A DNA stretch of 55,529 bases, the filler included, from Basidioascus undulatus (lineage: Eukaryota), in assembly GCA_000826855.1 (NCBI GenBank). It is 3 parts of 3 records of this genome, joined end to end, with 100 filler letters (N's around TTAATTAATTAA, not from the genome) between each part and the next. Parts side by side here need not be neighbours in the genome. Positions count along the whole stretch, not along the records: positions 1 to 18,468 come from JTLS01000462.1; 2 more parts are not named here. One strand, 5' to 3'. The notes under the pieces were generated by a model. It searched no databases. It was not told the origin of the DNA and was given only the letters and a program-made list of their open reading frames with translations. Below, one piece after another: positions 1-12,410 of this stretch. Numbering within the stretch: position 1 is the stretch's first letter; each line of letters starts with the position of its first letter. The position numbers and the translations under genes are program-made.

Positions 1-3000
1 GATGCTGTCCCTCGTCGTCCGCTCGCTCAAGGGCCGAAACGGGCAGCACCGCTCGCCGACCTACTCCCCCTCGACCTACGCACCCTCCTCCTTCGGCCCG
101 CCCCACTCGAGCCAGTACGTGCCGCCGCCCTCCGCACATGCGCACACGCACGCGCACACGCACATGTCGCACAGCCAGCCGCCGACGCCCGTACGGCAAA
201 TGAGCTACTCGCCCAAGCCTCCCGGCAGCGGCGGGAACATGGCGGGCGTGGGGATCGGGTATGCCCAGCCCCCGTCCGCGGCAGGCATAGCGGGCGTCGG
301 CGTCGGCGGCGCGACGGGGTACAGCACCCGGAACGCTGGGAGCCCGGGCAGGCCGAGGGAGGAGGGGTTCCGAAGGATGAGGCCTGGCGAGCGGAGGGCG
401 ACGGGCTCGGGAAGCGGCGCGTCGGGGAGGGGAGACGGGACTCTCGCGGTCCGTCTTGCTTTGTTCCTACCCCTTTCTCCCTCTCCTCCGTAGACTGCAG
501 GTGGGTTGAATGGCGTACTGACTAGTGACGGGCATGGTTGGACAGCCGCTGCATTCCCTCACGCTCCACCTCACGCCGCTGTACACGCGCTGCAACGCCC
601 AGTTCCACTACGAGCCGTCCGCGAACCCGCGCCGGGTGCTGACGAAGCCGAGCAAGCCGTGTCACAACGACGGATACGACAACGAGGACTCGGACTACAT
701 CCTCTACGTCAACGACTGGCTGGGCGGCGGGGACGGGAACGGGAACAAGTGCGCCGCGGGTTTCCTTCACCTCCTCCTCTTCCTCGCCCCTTCTCGCTGT
801 CGTTTCTCGGTGGGAGGCATCAGCTGACATGGCGGGCAAACGTACAGGTACTTGATCCTGGACGTGCTAGGCCAGGGCACGTTCGGCCAGGTCGTCAAGT
901 GCCAGAACGCCAAGACGGGCGAGATCGTCGCCGTCAAGGTCATCAAGAACAAGCCTGCTTACTTCAACCAGAGTATGATGGAAGTGACGATATTGGAGCT
1001 CGTGCGTCTCTGCTTCATTCTTCCCCTTCCCTCCTTACCCCGCGGTCGTGCGATGCCTGCTGATCCGGATGCCCTCGCGTCCTCGTCCTGCAGCTCAACA
1101 ACACGTTCGACCCGCACGACCAGCACCACATCCTGCGCCTGCTAGACACGTTCATCCACTGCAAACACCTCTGCCTCGTGTTCGAGATCCTCTCCTCCAA
1201 CCTCTACGAGCTCATCAAGCAGAACTCGTTCCGCGGCCTCTCGACGAGCCTCGTCAAGGTATTCACCGCGCAGCTGCTTGACGCGCTCACCGTCCTCAAC
1301 GAGGCGCGCCTCATCCACTGCGACCTCAAGCCCGAGAACATCTTGTTGAAATCGTGCGTTTGCCCTTCGGCGCTGTGGTGCTTGTTGAGCGTGGAACGTC
1401 GGTGCTGATGGGTGGTTGGCACGCAGATTGCAATCGCCGCAAATCAAGGTCATCGACTTTGGATCGGCGTGCCACGAGCGCCAGACGGTCTACACCTATA
1501 TCCAGTCGCGCTTCTACCGCTCGCCGGAGGTCCTCCTCGGCTTGCCGTACTCCTCGTCCATCGACATGTGGTCATTAGGTGCGTCCCTCGTACGATGCGT
1601 CATCTCGCGCGTGCTCTGTTCGCTGACGACGCTCAATGGTGCCCCAGGCTGCATCGCCGTCGAGCTCTTCCTCGGTCTTCCTCTCTTCCCTGGCACGAGC
1701 GAGTACAACCAAATATGTCGGATAGTCGAGATGCTCGGGTGCGTCGCTTCGAACTCCCCCTTAATTGAACCCGTGCGCCCAAGGCTGACTCTGCGAACGA
1801 ACTGCTGGCACAGCATGCCGCCGTCGTACATGATAGAGGTCGGCAAGCAGGCGGGCGAGTTCTTCACGCTCGGGCACGACGAGTACGGGCGCAAGAAGTG
1901 GCGCCTCAAAAGCCTCGAGCAGTACTCGAAGGAGCACAACACGCAGGAACAGCCGAGCAAGAAGTACTTCTCCGCCACGACCCTCCCCGAGATCGTCAAG
2001 CAGTACCCGATGTCGAGCAAGAGCCGGAGCGAGGCGGACGTGAAGAAGGGTGAGTTTCGAGCCGCCTTCGCGTTAGCGCTGAGTGGTCATGGAAGCTGAT
2101 TTGAGGGCGGGTGGAACAGAGCAACAGAATCGTGTCGCGTTCATCCACTTTGTACAGGGCTTGCTGAACCTGAACCCGATCGAGGTAAGCCCGCTCTTGG
2201 TTATGGCAGCAGGACAGGTGCTGACGACCGCTGCGCTCTCAGCGATGGTCGCCTCAACAAGCTCGACTGCATCCCTTCATCACTGGCGAGAAGTTCACGG
2301 GATCGTGGACAGTACGTTCAATCATCTCCTCTGCGTCCCGGAAGCGTAACTAATGCCAGGCGTCCCCGCAGCCTCCCACCATTCCGTCTGGCTCCAAAGC
2401 CAACACGCCCAACACTGCGTCACCGTCGACTCCCTCCTCGGATCCGAAGCGACCGTACGGCGGGCTTCAGACGCCCTCGCGCTCCGCCTCGCGGCCATAC
2501 CAGGACGCGGCGGCGTACGACCGGCAGCTCGCGCAGCAGCAGGCGTACACGGCGCAGCAGAGCTCCGCGCAGCAGGCCGCGCAGAACGCGTACCGCACCC
2601 CCTTCCCGCCCCCCGCGAGCGCGGCCAGCGGCGCCCGCGACGACAGCGCCATTCGCTCGTACCAGAGTGAGCAGGCCGCCGCGCACGCGAAGGCCAAGCA
2701 GTCGGAAGCGGCCGCCGCGCAGCAGGCGCAGGCTCAAGCCCAGGCTCAAGCCCAAGCCCAAGCCCAAGCGCATGCGCAGGCGCAAGTGCAGGCACACCAT
2801 CAATCGAGGCAGCAGTCCAGCCAAGGTATGTTGCTGGGCGATCGTGTTTCATTTTCTGTTCGTTATTCGTCGCTGACTCCTTGGTACTCCCTTGGTAGGT
2901 GCTCTGCTGCCGCCCGCGGCCGTCGCGACGGGTAGCCACAGCTCGCATCGGGCACGGGCGAGCACGATCAACCAGATGGACGTCGTCCCTCCGGCACTGG

Positions 3001-3961
3001 CGCGTCTCGCGGCGATGGGCAACGAGAGCAGCCTCGGCCGCGGATCGATGACGCCGGTGACGAACCGCGACGAGGCGATGCGCGAGTGGGAGCGACGGCA
3101 GTCGGGCGGCGCGTCGGGCAACCGCCGGCAGTCGATGCACTACCCGCAGCTCGAGTATCTTCAGGAGCAGGCCGAGCTCTCAGGCCACAACTGGGCGCGC
3201 GGCGGCTACTCGAGCCAGACTCAGCCACCGCCTGCGTCCTACACGTACCCGCACGGCGGCTTCTCCGTCGTTGTGGACCCGCACACATCCCCGCGCTCCG
3301 AACCCAACCCCTCGCAGTTCGACAGCGCCATGTCCACGCCGGGCATCGCGGCGCCCCCTCAGGCTTACCAGTCCAGCGTCCCCTCATCGGCGAGGTACAA
3401 CCCGGCCTACCAGGCGCCCGTGACTGTCACGCACGCTCCAGCATCGGCGTCGTACGAGCCGTCGTTCGACAGCTATCACCCGTCCGACGGACTCGGCCCC
3501 CTCGCATACGTCCCGCTGCTGCCGACGGTGCAGCACAACGCGTCGCCGTCGAGCACCAACAGCGGCATGTCGGCTCCCGCTGGGGCAGGCGCGAACGCGC
3601 TCTCGTCCCCGTACCGGTCGGGTCGGGATCAACCCACTCAGTCGGCACCGCCTCAGTCGCTGTACGCTTCGGGCCTGGTTCCCGCTGGCGCGTCTGCCTC
3701 TGGCTCGTCTCGTCAACAACACCCGAGTGAGTAGATCCCGCTGTTCGCAACCGACTTCGGCAAGGTCCTAATCATGGTCCTGGTCTCGCAGATCCCTTCG
3801 CACCGCCTGGCGCGCCGCTTCCGCAGCAGCCTGCACCACCGAGTGCACGTGCAAGCACGCTGTCCGAGCTGCAGCGGCAACAGCAGCAAGCAGCTCAGGC
3901 GCAGGCCCAAGCGGCGGCGGCGGCAAAGGGAGGCGGTCATGACCTGTGGGGAGGTCGATGA
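1..3961 (+). CDS. YAK1: Yak1/DYRK-family dual-specificity protein kinase, multi-exon, 5' end probably outside window
   Basis: Spliced exons give [78 protein letters not shown] (YxY activation loop) and [17 protein letters not shown]-rich C-terminus ends ...DLWGGR TGA at 3959-3961. Confidence 0.93.
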
Positions 3962-4530
3962 GACGGCGCGTGGTCGCTGCGGAAATATCCAGGGAGGGGC
4001 GCGGCGGACGGCATTCGCTTTCTTTCTCTTTCATGGCACTACACATTCCTATCACATCCATGCTACACATCCATGAAGCACACGATAAACGAGTGCCCTC
4101 GTCAGGCTGGTATCCCGTCTGCGGCAGTCTTTCGGTTTCCTCAGTGAAGATTGGGTTGGACTGGGCGAACATGGGTCGGCGGACCTGGCAGTATGCGGAT
4201 CTGCCGGCGGGGCCGGACCGCGCAGTGCACATGCTGCCTTTGGTTAGCACATGCTGGCTTTTTAGGTTGCACATGCTACAATCTTAGGCACAGCGGTGAG
4301 GTTTGTGGGGTATCGTCAGAGCTGCATCGTGGATTCAGCGCGCGGGTGCACTCGCGCCGAGCCGTCCCGTTGCCCGCTGTCCCCGAACCCGCTCGTCTCG
4401 CTCATCCTGCTCGCCTCTTCGCCACGTCCAGTACTCCTCCTGGCACAATCTCTTGGGACAGCGGCGTCCCGTGCGGCTATGCAGACGGTCGTGTAGGAGA
4501 TTGCCTACCAGAGTCTTTCTCACCGCCGAG

Positions 4531-4537
4531 TATAAAT
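4531..4537 (+). promoter_or_regulatory. Putative TATA box of the AAC gene
   Basis: TATAAAT in a GC-rich context about 95 nt upstream of the AAC ATG. Position only. Confidence 0.3.
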
Positions 4538-4628
4538 TGCGGGGACCAGGTCGGCTGCTGCGCCTGCCCGGGTCTCGCACAGTCCACTTTCAACAAACAC
4601 CGTTACTACTCGGTAGTCACCCTACGCA

Positions 4629-6469
4629 ATGGGATCGAAGGAGAACGGCGGCTCGTTCTTGGCGAACTTCATCATGGGAGGCTGCGCGGCTGCCGTGTCG
4701 AAAACGGCGGCAGCACCTATCGAGCGCATCAAGCTCCTGGTCCAGAGTGAGCGTGTTTTTCGAATACGTTTTCTTTTCCTCCTCTTGACCTTGATCTCTT
4801 CCCACAGACCAAGGCGAGATGCTCAAGGTGAGCATGGGGCACCTGGGGCGGCATGTTACGAATGAGCTAACGTTCGCTGCGCGAACTAGACTGGCAGGCT
4901 CGACAAGCCGTACGGGGGAATCATCGACTGTTTTGTGAGTGAGCTGGCAGCGAGCTTCAATATACGCTGACATATTGGTTACGATACCTCAGAACAGGAC
5001 GGTCAAACAGGAGGGCGCTCTGAGCCTTTGGCGCGGTGAGTGCTCGAACTTGTTTGATGCGTGAACTTGCGTGGTTGTTCAGATGGAGAGTCAAAACTGA
5101 CCTGATTGCTGTGAGGCAACGGCACAAATGTCATACGCTACTTCCCCACCCAGGCACTCAATCTGTCTTTCAAGGACTACTTCAAGGCGCTCTTCGGGTT
5201 CAAGAAGAGTGAAAGCTACTGGAAGTGGCTTGCTGGTGTGTTGTTCTGCGGCCCAACATGAACAAGTTGCATTCATATAACAATCACTGCGAGCACACAG
5301 GCAATCTTGCTGCGGGCGCTTCCGCTGGCGCATCGAGCTCTGTCTTCGTGTACAGTTTGGACTTCGCACGAACCAGGCTGTCAAACGACGCCAAGAACAA
5401 GAGCGGGGAGCGGCAATTCAAGGGTGAGTCCAGAGTCTATCGTAGGTCTTGAATCAAACGTGCTAATAGTGTCCAGCAGGCCTTCTTGATGTATACAAGC
5501 AGGTGCTCCGGAAGGACGGCGTCGTGGGGCTCTACCGTGGCTTCATGCCGTCGGTTGCGGGTATCGTGAGTGTTCTGCTCTTTCACGTCGAAAGGTTCTC
5601 TTATTTCCTTATGTATCCCAGATCGTCTACCGAGGTCTTTGTGCGTCGCGTGCTGGCGCTTAACACCTCGAGTCCTTGCTGAAAGCCGCCCGCAGATTTC
5701 GGACTGTACGACACACTCAAGCCGAGTGAGAGTTTCACAATACTTGAATCTTTGACGTGATAACTTATTTACCAAAACCTCTACCCAGCTTTGCTGAAGG
5801 GCCCTCTCGAGGGCAATTTCCTTGCCTCGTTCGCTCTGGGTTGGGTTGTCACAGTAAGTCCAGGATCCGAAAACAACGCACTCCACAATTAACGAGGTTA
5901 CGCCATGATAGACTTCATCTGTATGTAGTAAGCCAAATTCTTGGGTTCCAGTGCTGAACAGTTTGACAGGGCCTGGCCGCGTACCCTTTGGACACGGTGC
6001 GTCGCCTCAAGCTGCGACAGCACGAAACTGCACGGCTACTGATGCGGTGTTCTCTCAGATTCGCCGCCGCATGATGATGACCTCTGGCGGTGAAGGTATG
6101 CACACTCATCCAAGAACATGAAGAGCAGCTGACGGACCTCCCAATGCCAGGCCCACATTATAAATCTTCGCTCGACGCCGCCAAGACCATAGTACGCGCT
6201 GAAGGTTCCAAGGCTCTGTTCAAAGGCAAGTCTTCAGATATCACTTCCTTTTTTGGAGTGCTCAAAATAACAGTCTAACTCCTGATCTCGCAGGAGCGGG
6301 TGCGAACATCGTAAGAGGTATCGCCGGCGCCGGAGTCCTCGCGCTTTATGATAAGTTTCAAGAAATCGCTTTCGGCAAGGTAAGCATATAAAACCATCAG
6401 GGTTATGGCCGGCGTTTCATTCATCCAAACTTCGCTGTTCAGGTCTACTCAGCGGGATCGAGCTCGTAG
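4629..6469 (+). CDS. AAC: Mitochondrial ADP/ATP carrier (AAC/ANT family), about 15 introns
   Basis: Exons rebuild [50 protein letters not shown] and [15 protein letters not shown] (RRRMMM signature), ending [11 protein letters not shown] at 6467-6469. Confidence 0.95.
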
Positions 6470-7399
6470 ACATGCGTTACCGGAAGCGTCCGTTCACCCT
6501 GAGAGGTACTGCTTTCATCAGAATGCCGGGACGGCGGCTACATGGATATACCTTCTTTGGCGTTTTGTTTTGGCTATAACCTCTGCACAACGTTGGTTTC
6601 CAGGAAAGAACAGCGGAAAAATACGTAAAGATACGTTAAACAGAAAGGTGCACGCCGGCCGTTCACAGGTGGGCGCGTGCCGCTGTTGGTTGGTACACGA
6701 CTTCTCGTTCGACAAGATGTAAGGTGGGGATAGGCCTGGGTGAAATCATCCGTACACATAAAAATACAACACAGGGGCAATTCTGGTTTTCAACAACCAG
6801 TACGGGCGTTGTGTGCTAGTTGCCAGATGCATTGATTGTCAGGCGCGGAATCTCGCGCATCCCTCCTTTGCGAGCTTTCGTTTTTCATGCGGACGGCATA
6901 ACAAGATATTTCATAAAATAGTCTCTACAGTAAGAATGCTTACAGCTCTACATCTACGACTTCAAGTTGTCGGGTGCAATCGCCAGCGCCTTGTCACAAG
7001 AAGCATCGGTTTTGTTCTGTACGACAGGATAGGCCTTACAGTTAGCATGAATGTGGCTGAGGTGATCTGTGACTTGCCGCGCAGTATCGTGTGTGCCGCG
7101 ACGCTCCCTGCTGGCCAAGCAGTGCAAGGTGCGCCCGAGCGCGTCGTTTCTCTCTCGCTTGCGTTGCGCTGATGAGGCTCGCCTTCACTTCAGGTCTGCA
7201 AAAACAAGTTCCACGCCGCCTGCTATACAAGTGGTTCCAGTACGTCTTACGCATTTTCTACCGCCTGCGCGCATAGGGGACACCACTCGGACAAGAACGA
7301 CACACGGCGTAGAAGATACACTTGACAGGCACTGTATGATGCGTACGCGGGACGAAAAGGTGACCATTAAGAAGAGAACTGAGCCCGACATTGCCCTTC

Positions 7400-8630
7400 G
7401 TCTCTGCGCCCGTTACGACTTGCGATCAAAGCACGTTGACTCCATCTGGGACTACAAGTCGCTTATCCTGCCACCAGCGTTCACGGCAAGTACTCGTGTC
7501 GAGAGCAGGCCGCCCGCGCCGCAGGGCCGGGTCAGCTGCACGGAAAGAGCTGGTTAGGTCGAATCCGACCCATTGGTTGTCAAACGTCCTTCCGAGAAAA
7601 TAGGAGTATGTGTGATGAAAAGAATAGAGGTGGGAGGGTGCAGAAGAGCGGGCTCGACACACAAGCAGTAGCCGTCGCTGAGAGGTACCAATCAGGCCGC
7701 CCGTGAGCGTGCGAAACGCTCCTGCTATTCTTGATCCAAACCAAGGCTTACGTGGGCTTGAAATGCAAGTTCTGCGGAGATTATCCATAAGGGACCGTTC
7801 CACTGCAAAGAAAAAGGAGCACACTCGCACATCTCGAGCACATTCTGCGAGTCCAAGATCTCCAAGATTGCTTGATCTCCATGTATCCCAAGTAACCCAC
7901 CTGTTGGCGCGCGGACAGTCAGTTCCGTAATTCGAATTCGCGTTCAATTACAACCCATTGGTTATTATCACCTGTCCCGTACACGGCCCTGCGATGCCAC
8001 CGGTGCCTAGACTGCCCGGCGTGTTCCAGTTGATATCCTGCAGCGTCCAGACGCGACCGTACAACGGGAACCGTGGAACGATCTTCTTCGGAGGTATGCC
8101 GGCTGCCAGGTAAAGCTCGAACGCCCTCTGTAACGACCGCGTTGGTTGGGATTGGCCGAGATCGGGGCGTTGTGTGCAATAAAACGAGGTTAGCAGACGG
8201 TATCCGCTAAACAGAGGAGAAGGTCGCACTGTCGATGATGTTTTCCCAGTTTCCTGCGCACAGAAGAGTCAGTAATGACATTCAAGAACACAACGCCTAT
8301 CCCGGAAAAGGAGCTACTACGTAGCGTAAAAGTCCTGAAACAGTAGAAACGACGTCAGCCCTTTGGGCAGAGCCTACAGCGACTTGGAGCGCGCCACTTT
8401 CATACGGCATGAAGTTGATGTACTGAGCCATCTCCGCACCCTGAAGCAGAGCGAACTTGTCCGGGTCCGCCGGCCCAGCGACGGTGATGAACAGCTTGTC
8501 GTTACCTGTCCTCCTCACTTCCGCCTCGAAGGCGGCCCGCATCTCCTGAATGAAGTCCTCGGTGTCCGCTGGGCCACCTCCGCGGTCCGGGTCGCCCATG
8601 TACTCCCAGTCTATGTCGACACTGGTGCGC
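7400..8630 (-). pseudogene. GH18 chitinase remnant (C-terminal part of TIM barrel only)
   Basis: Reads VDIDWEY, YINFMPY, DFYGNWE, GIPPKKIVPRFPLYGRVWTL and NQWVGFD. No SxGG motif or first catalytic Asp upstream, an apparently mutated donor (CTACGT) and frame breaks. Boundaries approximate. Confidence 0.75.
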
Positions 8631-9099
8631 TCCCAGCCTCTTGCTACTACCCTGTGTTTGTGGTATGTCCTACCCGGAGGCGCCTCAGGCTTCGCATCTG
8701 CTTCTCAGGTCCATCCAGACGCAACTATATACACTAATTACCCTGGATTCTGGTTCTGACATGGCGATCGGCGATCAAGCGAGAGTGTACAATCTCCGCG
8801 CTGCGTGAAGAGCTCATCATGTGCCACGTCTGGTACAATCTGTTGTTTTCAAAATAAATTGTCCTGTTTCACAGATTGTGAGGTCTTCAGCAAGCTTGAG
8901 TTACTTTTCTTCTTCGCAATGCATCTTGTCTGCATAACTGTACATAAGCCAAACACTTTGTGGCCATGCCGTGGCAATGTGCCTACGGAGAGATCGATCG
9001 AATGAGCCTTGCGATAACAGAAGGTGCATGGATGGTGATTATGAAAATAGGGGAAGGACTGAAAACGCTCGATAACACGCATGCATCATGCGTCCGCTT

Positions 9100-10400
9100 G
9101 GGGTGTTACTAATGGAGCGTTCCGCTGCGAGGCAACACCGCCCAGGTAGACGGTACCACGCTTGAGTAGCGGATTCGAAATGGAGCGTACTTTGGACAAG
9201 CAGATGATTGCATACAGAGATAGTTGAACCTGCGAACGCGTTGCAGTGCCGGCCAGTGACCGATAGCCGCATCGACAAAAGTCTCGTCGGCGATCACTTG
9301 CTAGGTCACATTGAGTGTGACCCCGCGCGAAATCATCTCGAGAGACCCCTCGCACAGACGATGCAATAGCAGATGCGAAAGACGTTGCCATAGACGTCGT
9401 ACATGAAATTAAGCCCATTCCAGCGATATCTTCCGCCCATTTCCGTCGACCAGCGAGACTCCAAAGCGTTCGCGAAGCAGCACCGCGAGACGAATGGCGT
9501 GCGCGACGGCCCTTCATGGGAAAGTCTTTGATCCGTAAGATGTGATCGAGAGACAGCGCGGTTGACGCCAGCTTCAAAGGACCGGAGAGGTCACTCGAGC
9601 GCACACCTTGAGCGCGGGAAGCGCACCTTGCGGCAGAGCGGCGAAGAAGGCGAGGAGCGGATCCGGGTCGGGCGGCGGCATGCGTGAGAACTCGTGAGCG
9701 TGCGAGATTCGAGGGTCGAGAAGACGGGATGAGCAAGCACGGATCTGCTCGCGGAGAGCGGGCTCGGCGGACCGTACACCTTGAACACGGGGCAGGCGAC
9801 GCGCAGGTTGGCCGGGGCAGAGGGCAGCCGCGAGACGAGTATGAGGCCTCCAGGTGTGTGCCGTGCGCATCCAGCGTCACGTCCAGGGCACGGGGTGCGA
9901 ACCGGGTCAGGTAGAGGTCAAGCTCGCGCAGCTCTGGGAGGTTCGAGCGCGCGATGGAGGACAGCACGAGCTCGTCCGGGATGTGGGACTCCGTCTTGAA
10001 GCCGGAAGTGACGCTGAGAGAGCGCAGGTGAGGCAGATTGAGCGCGGTTGTGCAAGGCTAGTTGTCCGCCTTGGGCTTGCACAGCTCGAGCGAGAGTAGA
10101 GTAAGGGCGGTGAACTTGGAGAAGGACGCGAAGAGGCGATCGAGAGACGCGCTGAAGTAGAACAGGCGCAGGTTGAGCCGCTTGAGCGACGGGAGGTCGA
10201 TCGTGCGACCGAATCGAGCACGAGCGTGTCAGGCTCGACCGTTCTGTGAGGATTCTGTGCTGGGAAACACTTACGTTCCAGCGGCGGCATACCCTCATCA
10301 GAGCGGAGGGAGGTGCGGGCTCGTCACTCCAAGCGCACGGTACTTCGAGAGCCGCAAAGCGAAAAGTACGGATGAGAACCTCCTCGGGAAGGTCGACCAT
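9100..10400 (-). CDS. F-box-like / leucine-rich hypothetical protein (possibly degenerate)
   Basis: Starts MVDLPEEVLIRTFRF...ALMRVCRRWN (F-box-like pattern), followed by an intron, then LPELRELDL- and FPALKVC-like LRR segments. 3' end uncertain. Confidence 0.55.
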
Positions 10401-10784
10401 TGCTGTCGGTGGGCTCTGAAGCAGTGAGCAGGAACGGATAACAGGCGGGGGTGATGGGAGTAGTAAAGCAGACACAAGTTCGAGCACGCGGCGGGGGATG
10501 CACCTCGCAGTTCAATGTTATTGTCGCTCGGCATCAATTTGCTTAATAGTAAGCAATATTACTGATGAATTGGTTAGGACGCTTCGCCAAGTAACAACTA
10601 GTAACGACTAGTAGAGCCCACCCCGCAGATTGCTAAGACTTTAGAACAGTATGCTTGGACTCAGGCATTTCCATACTTTCGCCTGCATGTAACACGGCTC
10701 GGACCCCCTTCTCTCTGCCGCCTGGGTCTAATCTACTTACAGGCGATCGAGCAAATCTCCATGCGGCGTGCATTTCCATGCAGA

Positions 10785-10840
10785 TGTTACATTATGTTAT
10801 GTTACAGTATGTTGTGTTATGTTATATTGCATTACGTTAG
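10785..10840. repeat. Degenerate (TGTTA)n pentamer microsatellite
   Basis: gttacattatgttatgttacagtatgttgtgttatgttatattgcattacgttag. Confidence 0.7.
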
Positions 10841-11735
10841 GCATTAAGAGCTCTGCATGCGACGCCGCTAGTGGGCTACTAGAAAGTACAGGCGAGGTAG
10901 ACACAGGGGGCGAGCAGGGAGCTGGGCCAGCACGAAAACCGGAGGACCGGGAAAAGCTTTGCACCAGGGGAAGAAGTGAAGTCTAGGTGGGGATGAGGTG
11001 GTGTTCACGTGCTTGGCAGAGGGTGGTTTTGATGGCACGGAGGACAAGGCAGGCAGCAGGTGGGGTGGCATTGAGGCGGCGGTTGACAAGGGTGATACCA
11101 GGGATGGTGTGGTCATGGCCAAGCGTGATGTCGGTGTCTGGGAGGGCATTGCTGAAGGCAGTGTTGACGCAGGCACTGTGGGTGCGTCGAAAGGGCTGCA
11201 CACAGAGGCAGTGAAGCATTGATAAAGTATGTGAGCACAGAGAGATCCAGTCGCGCCAGTGAGGAGCTGAGGTGATTTGAATCAGGAACAAAATGCTGCA
11301 GCAGCTGCAAGAGGGCAGTTTGAAACTTAAAACTCAGTTGTGAGAACGCACAACGTCGAGTTAAAGGCCCTCCGGACTCCAAACACCGATGGATCCCACT
11401 TGCTCTCCCCCGCCCCGATCGATCCCCATTCAGATAGGGTTGCCCCCGCGCTGATCCCCACCCGGACACTGTGTCCCCCTAGCTGCTGCAAACCTCCAAG
11501 AGCAACGAAATGGGCATGCGGGAAGAGCTCAGGACGTTGAAGCGCCACAACAAATTGACAACACTCAGCACACACCTCAGTACTTGATTTTCTACCTGTA
11601 CATTACTGTCTAATAAAGTATCTTCAATCTCAAAGGGGGATATGTTCATTGGGGTTGTCTGAAAGGCTGGTTAGGCATCAAGAGCTCTGCATGCAACGCC
11701 GCTAGCGGGCACAGGAAATACAGGCGGAATAGACG
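10836..11735. repeat. Diverged ~65-70 bp direct repeats (10836-10905 and 11670-11735) flanking ~0.8 kb of unassigned DNA
   Basis: gttaggcattaagagctctgcatgcgacgccgctagtggg... versus gttaggcatcaagagctctgcatgcaacgccgctagcggg... Confidence 0.8.
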
Positions 11736-12385
11736 TGGCAACGTAGGTCTGGGAAAGGAAGGCGAAGCCTGCGTACATGCCAGCCGTGACGCCGGAGGAA
11801 GTGAGGAACTTCCCGTCCTGCATCCAATGCGCGCGCTTGACCCACTCGACCCCCTTGACTGTCCATGGGAAAAGGGGAGGTTCAGTTCCCGGTCAGCTCC
11901 ACCCTGCCCTAGACGCTAATGGAGTCACAAAGGTTTTCTGCTCACATTGTGGGCGTTGCTCATCATACAGGCACTTGTTTGTCGTCGCTTTCCGCACGTT
12001 CAGGCGCCCGCTAGCAGCGAGCAAGATGGAGCCGGTGCACACAGTAAAGACGTGCGTGGCACGGTCGATGAGCTTGCCGAGCTTGGCAAGCAAGACAGGA
12101 TCCCAGACCAAGGCGAGCATGCCGAAGCCGCCGGGTATAAAGAGCGTGTCGAAGCTTCCGTCGTCCGCGGCGGTCTTTTCGAGCGCGCCGTCGATGCAGA
12201 GCTAGAGACAGTCTGCACGTTGTTCTTGATGGAGCTTTCGTATTTAGAGGTAAGGGTGTGCGCACCTACGAGAGTGTGAGTGTAAAAGTCGCTGCGCAGG
12301 ATGATCGCGCTGAGTTGGCCGTAGAGGTCGAGCGCCTCATAGTCCTGGTAGACCAAAGCGAGGGGATGCGGTGCTGGTTAGGCAT
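11671..12385 (-). pseudogene. DJ-1/PfpI family (class I glutamine amidotransferase-like) protein with two apparent frameshifts
   Basis: Reads LVYQDYEALDLYG, FDTLFIPGGFG, VFTVCTGSILLAASGRL..RKATTNK and WMQDGKFLTSSGVTAGM. These segments lie in different frames near 12360 and 12200 with no intron signals there. Confidence 0.8.
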
Positions 12386-12410
12386 GATACGGTTGGCTGA
12401 GTAGATCGCC

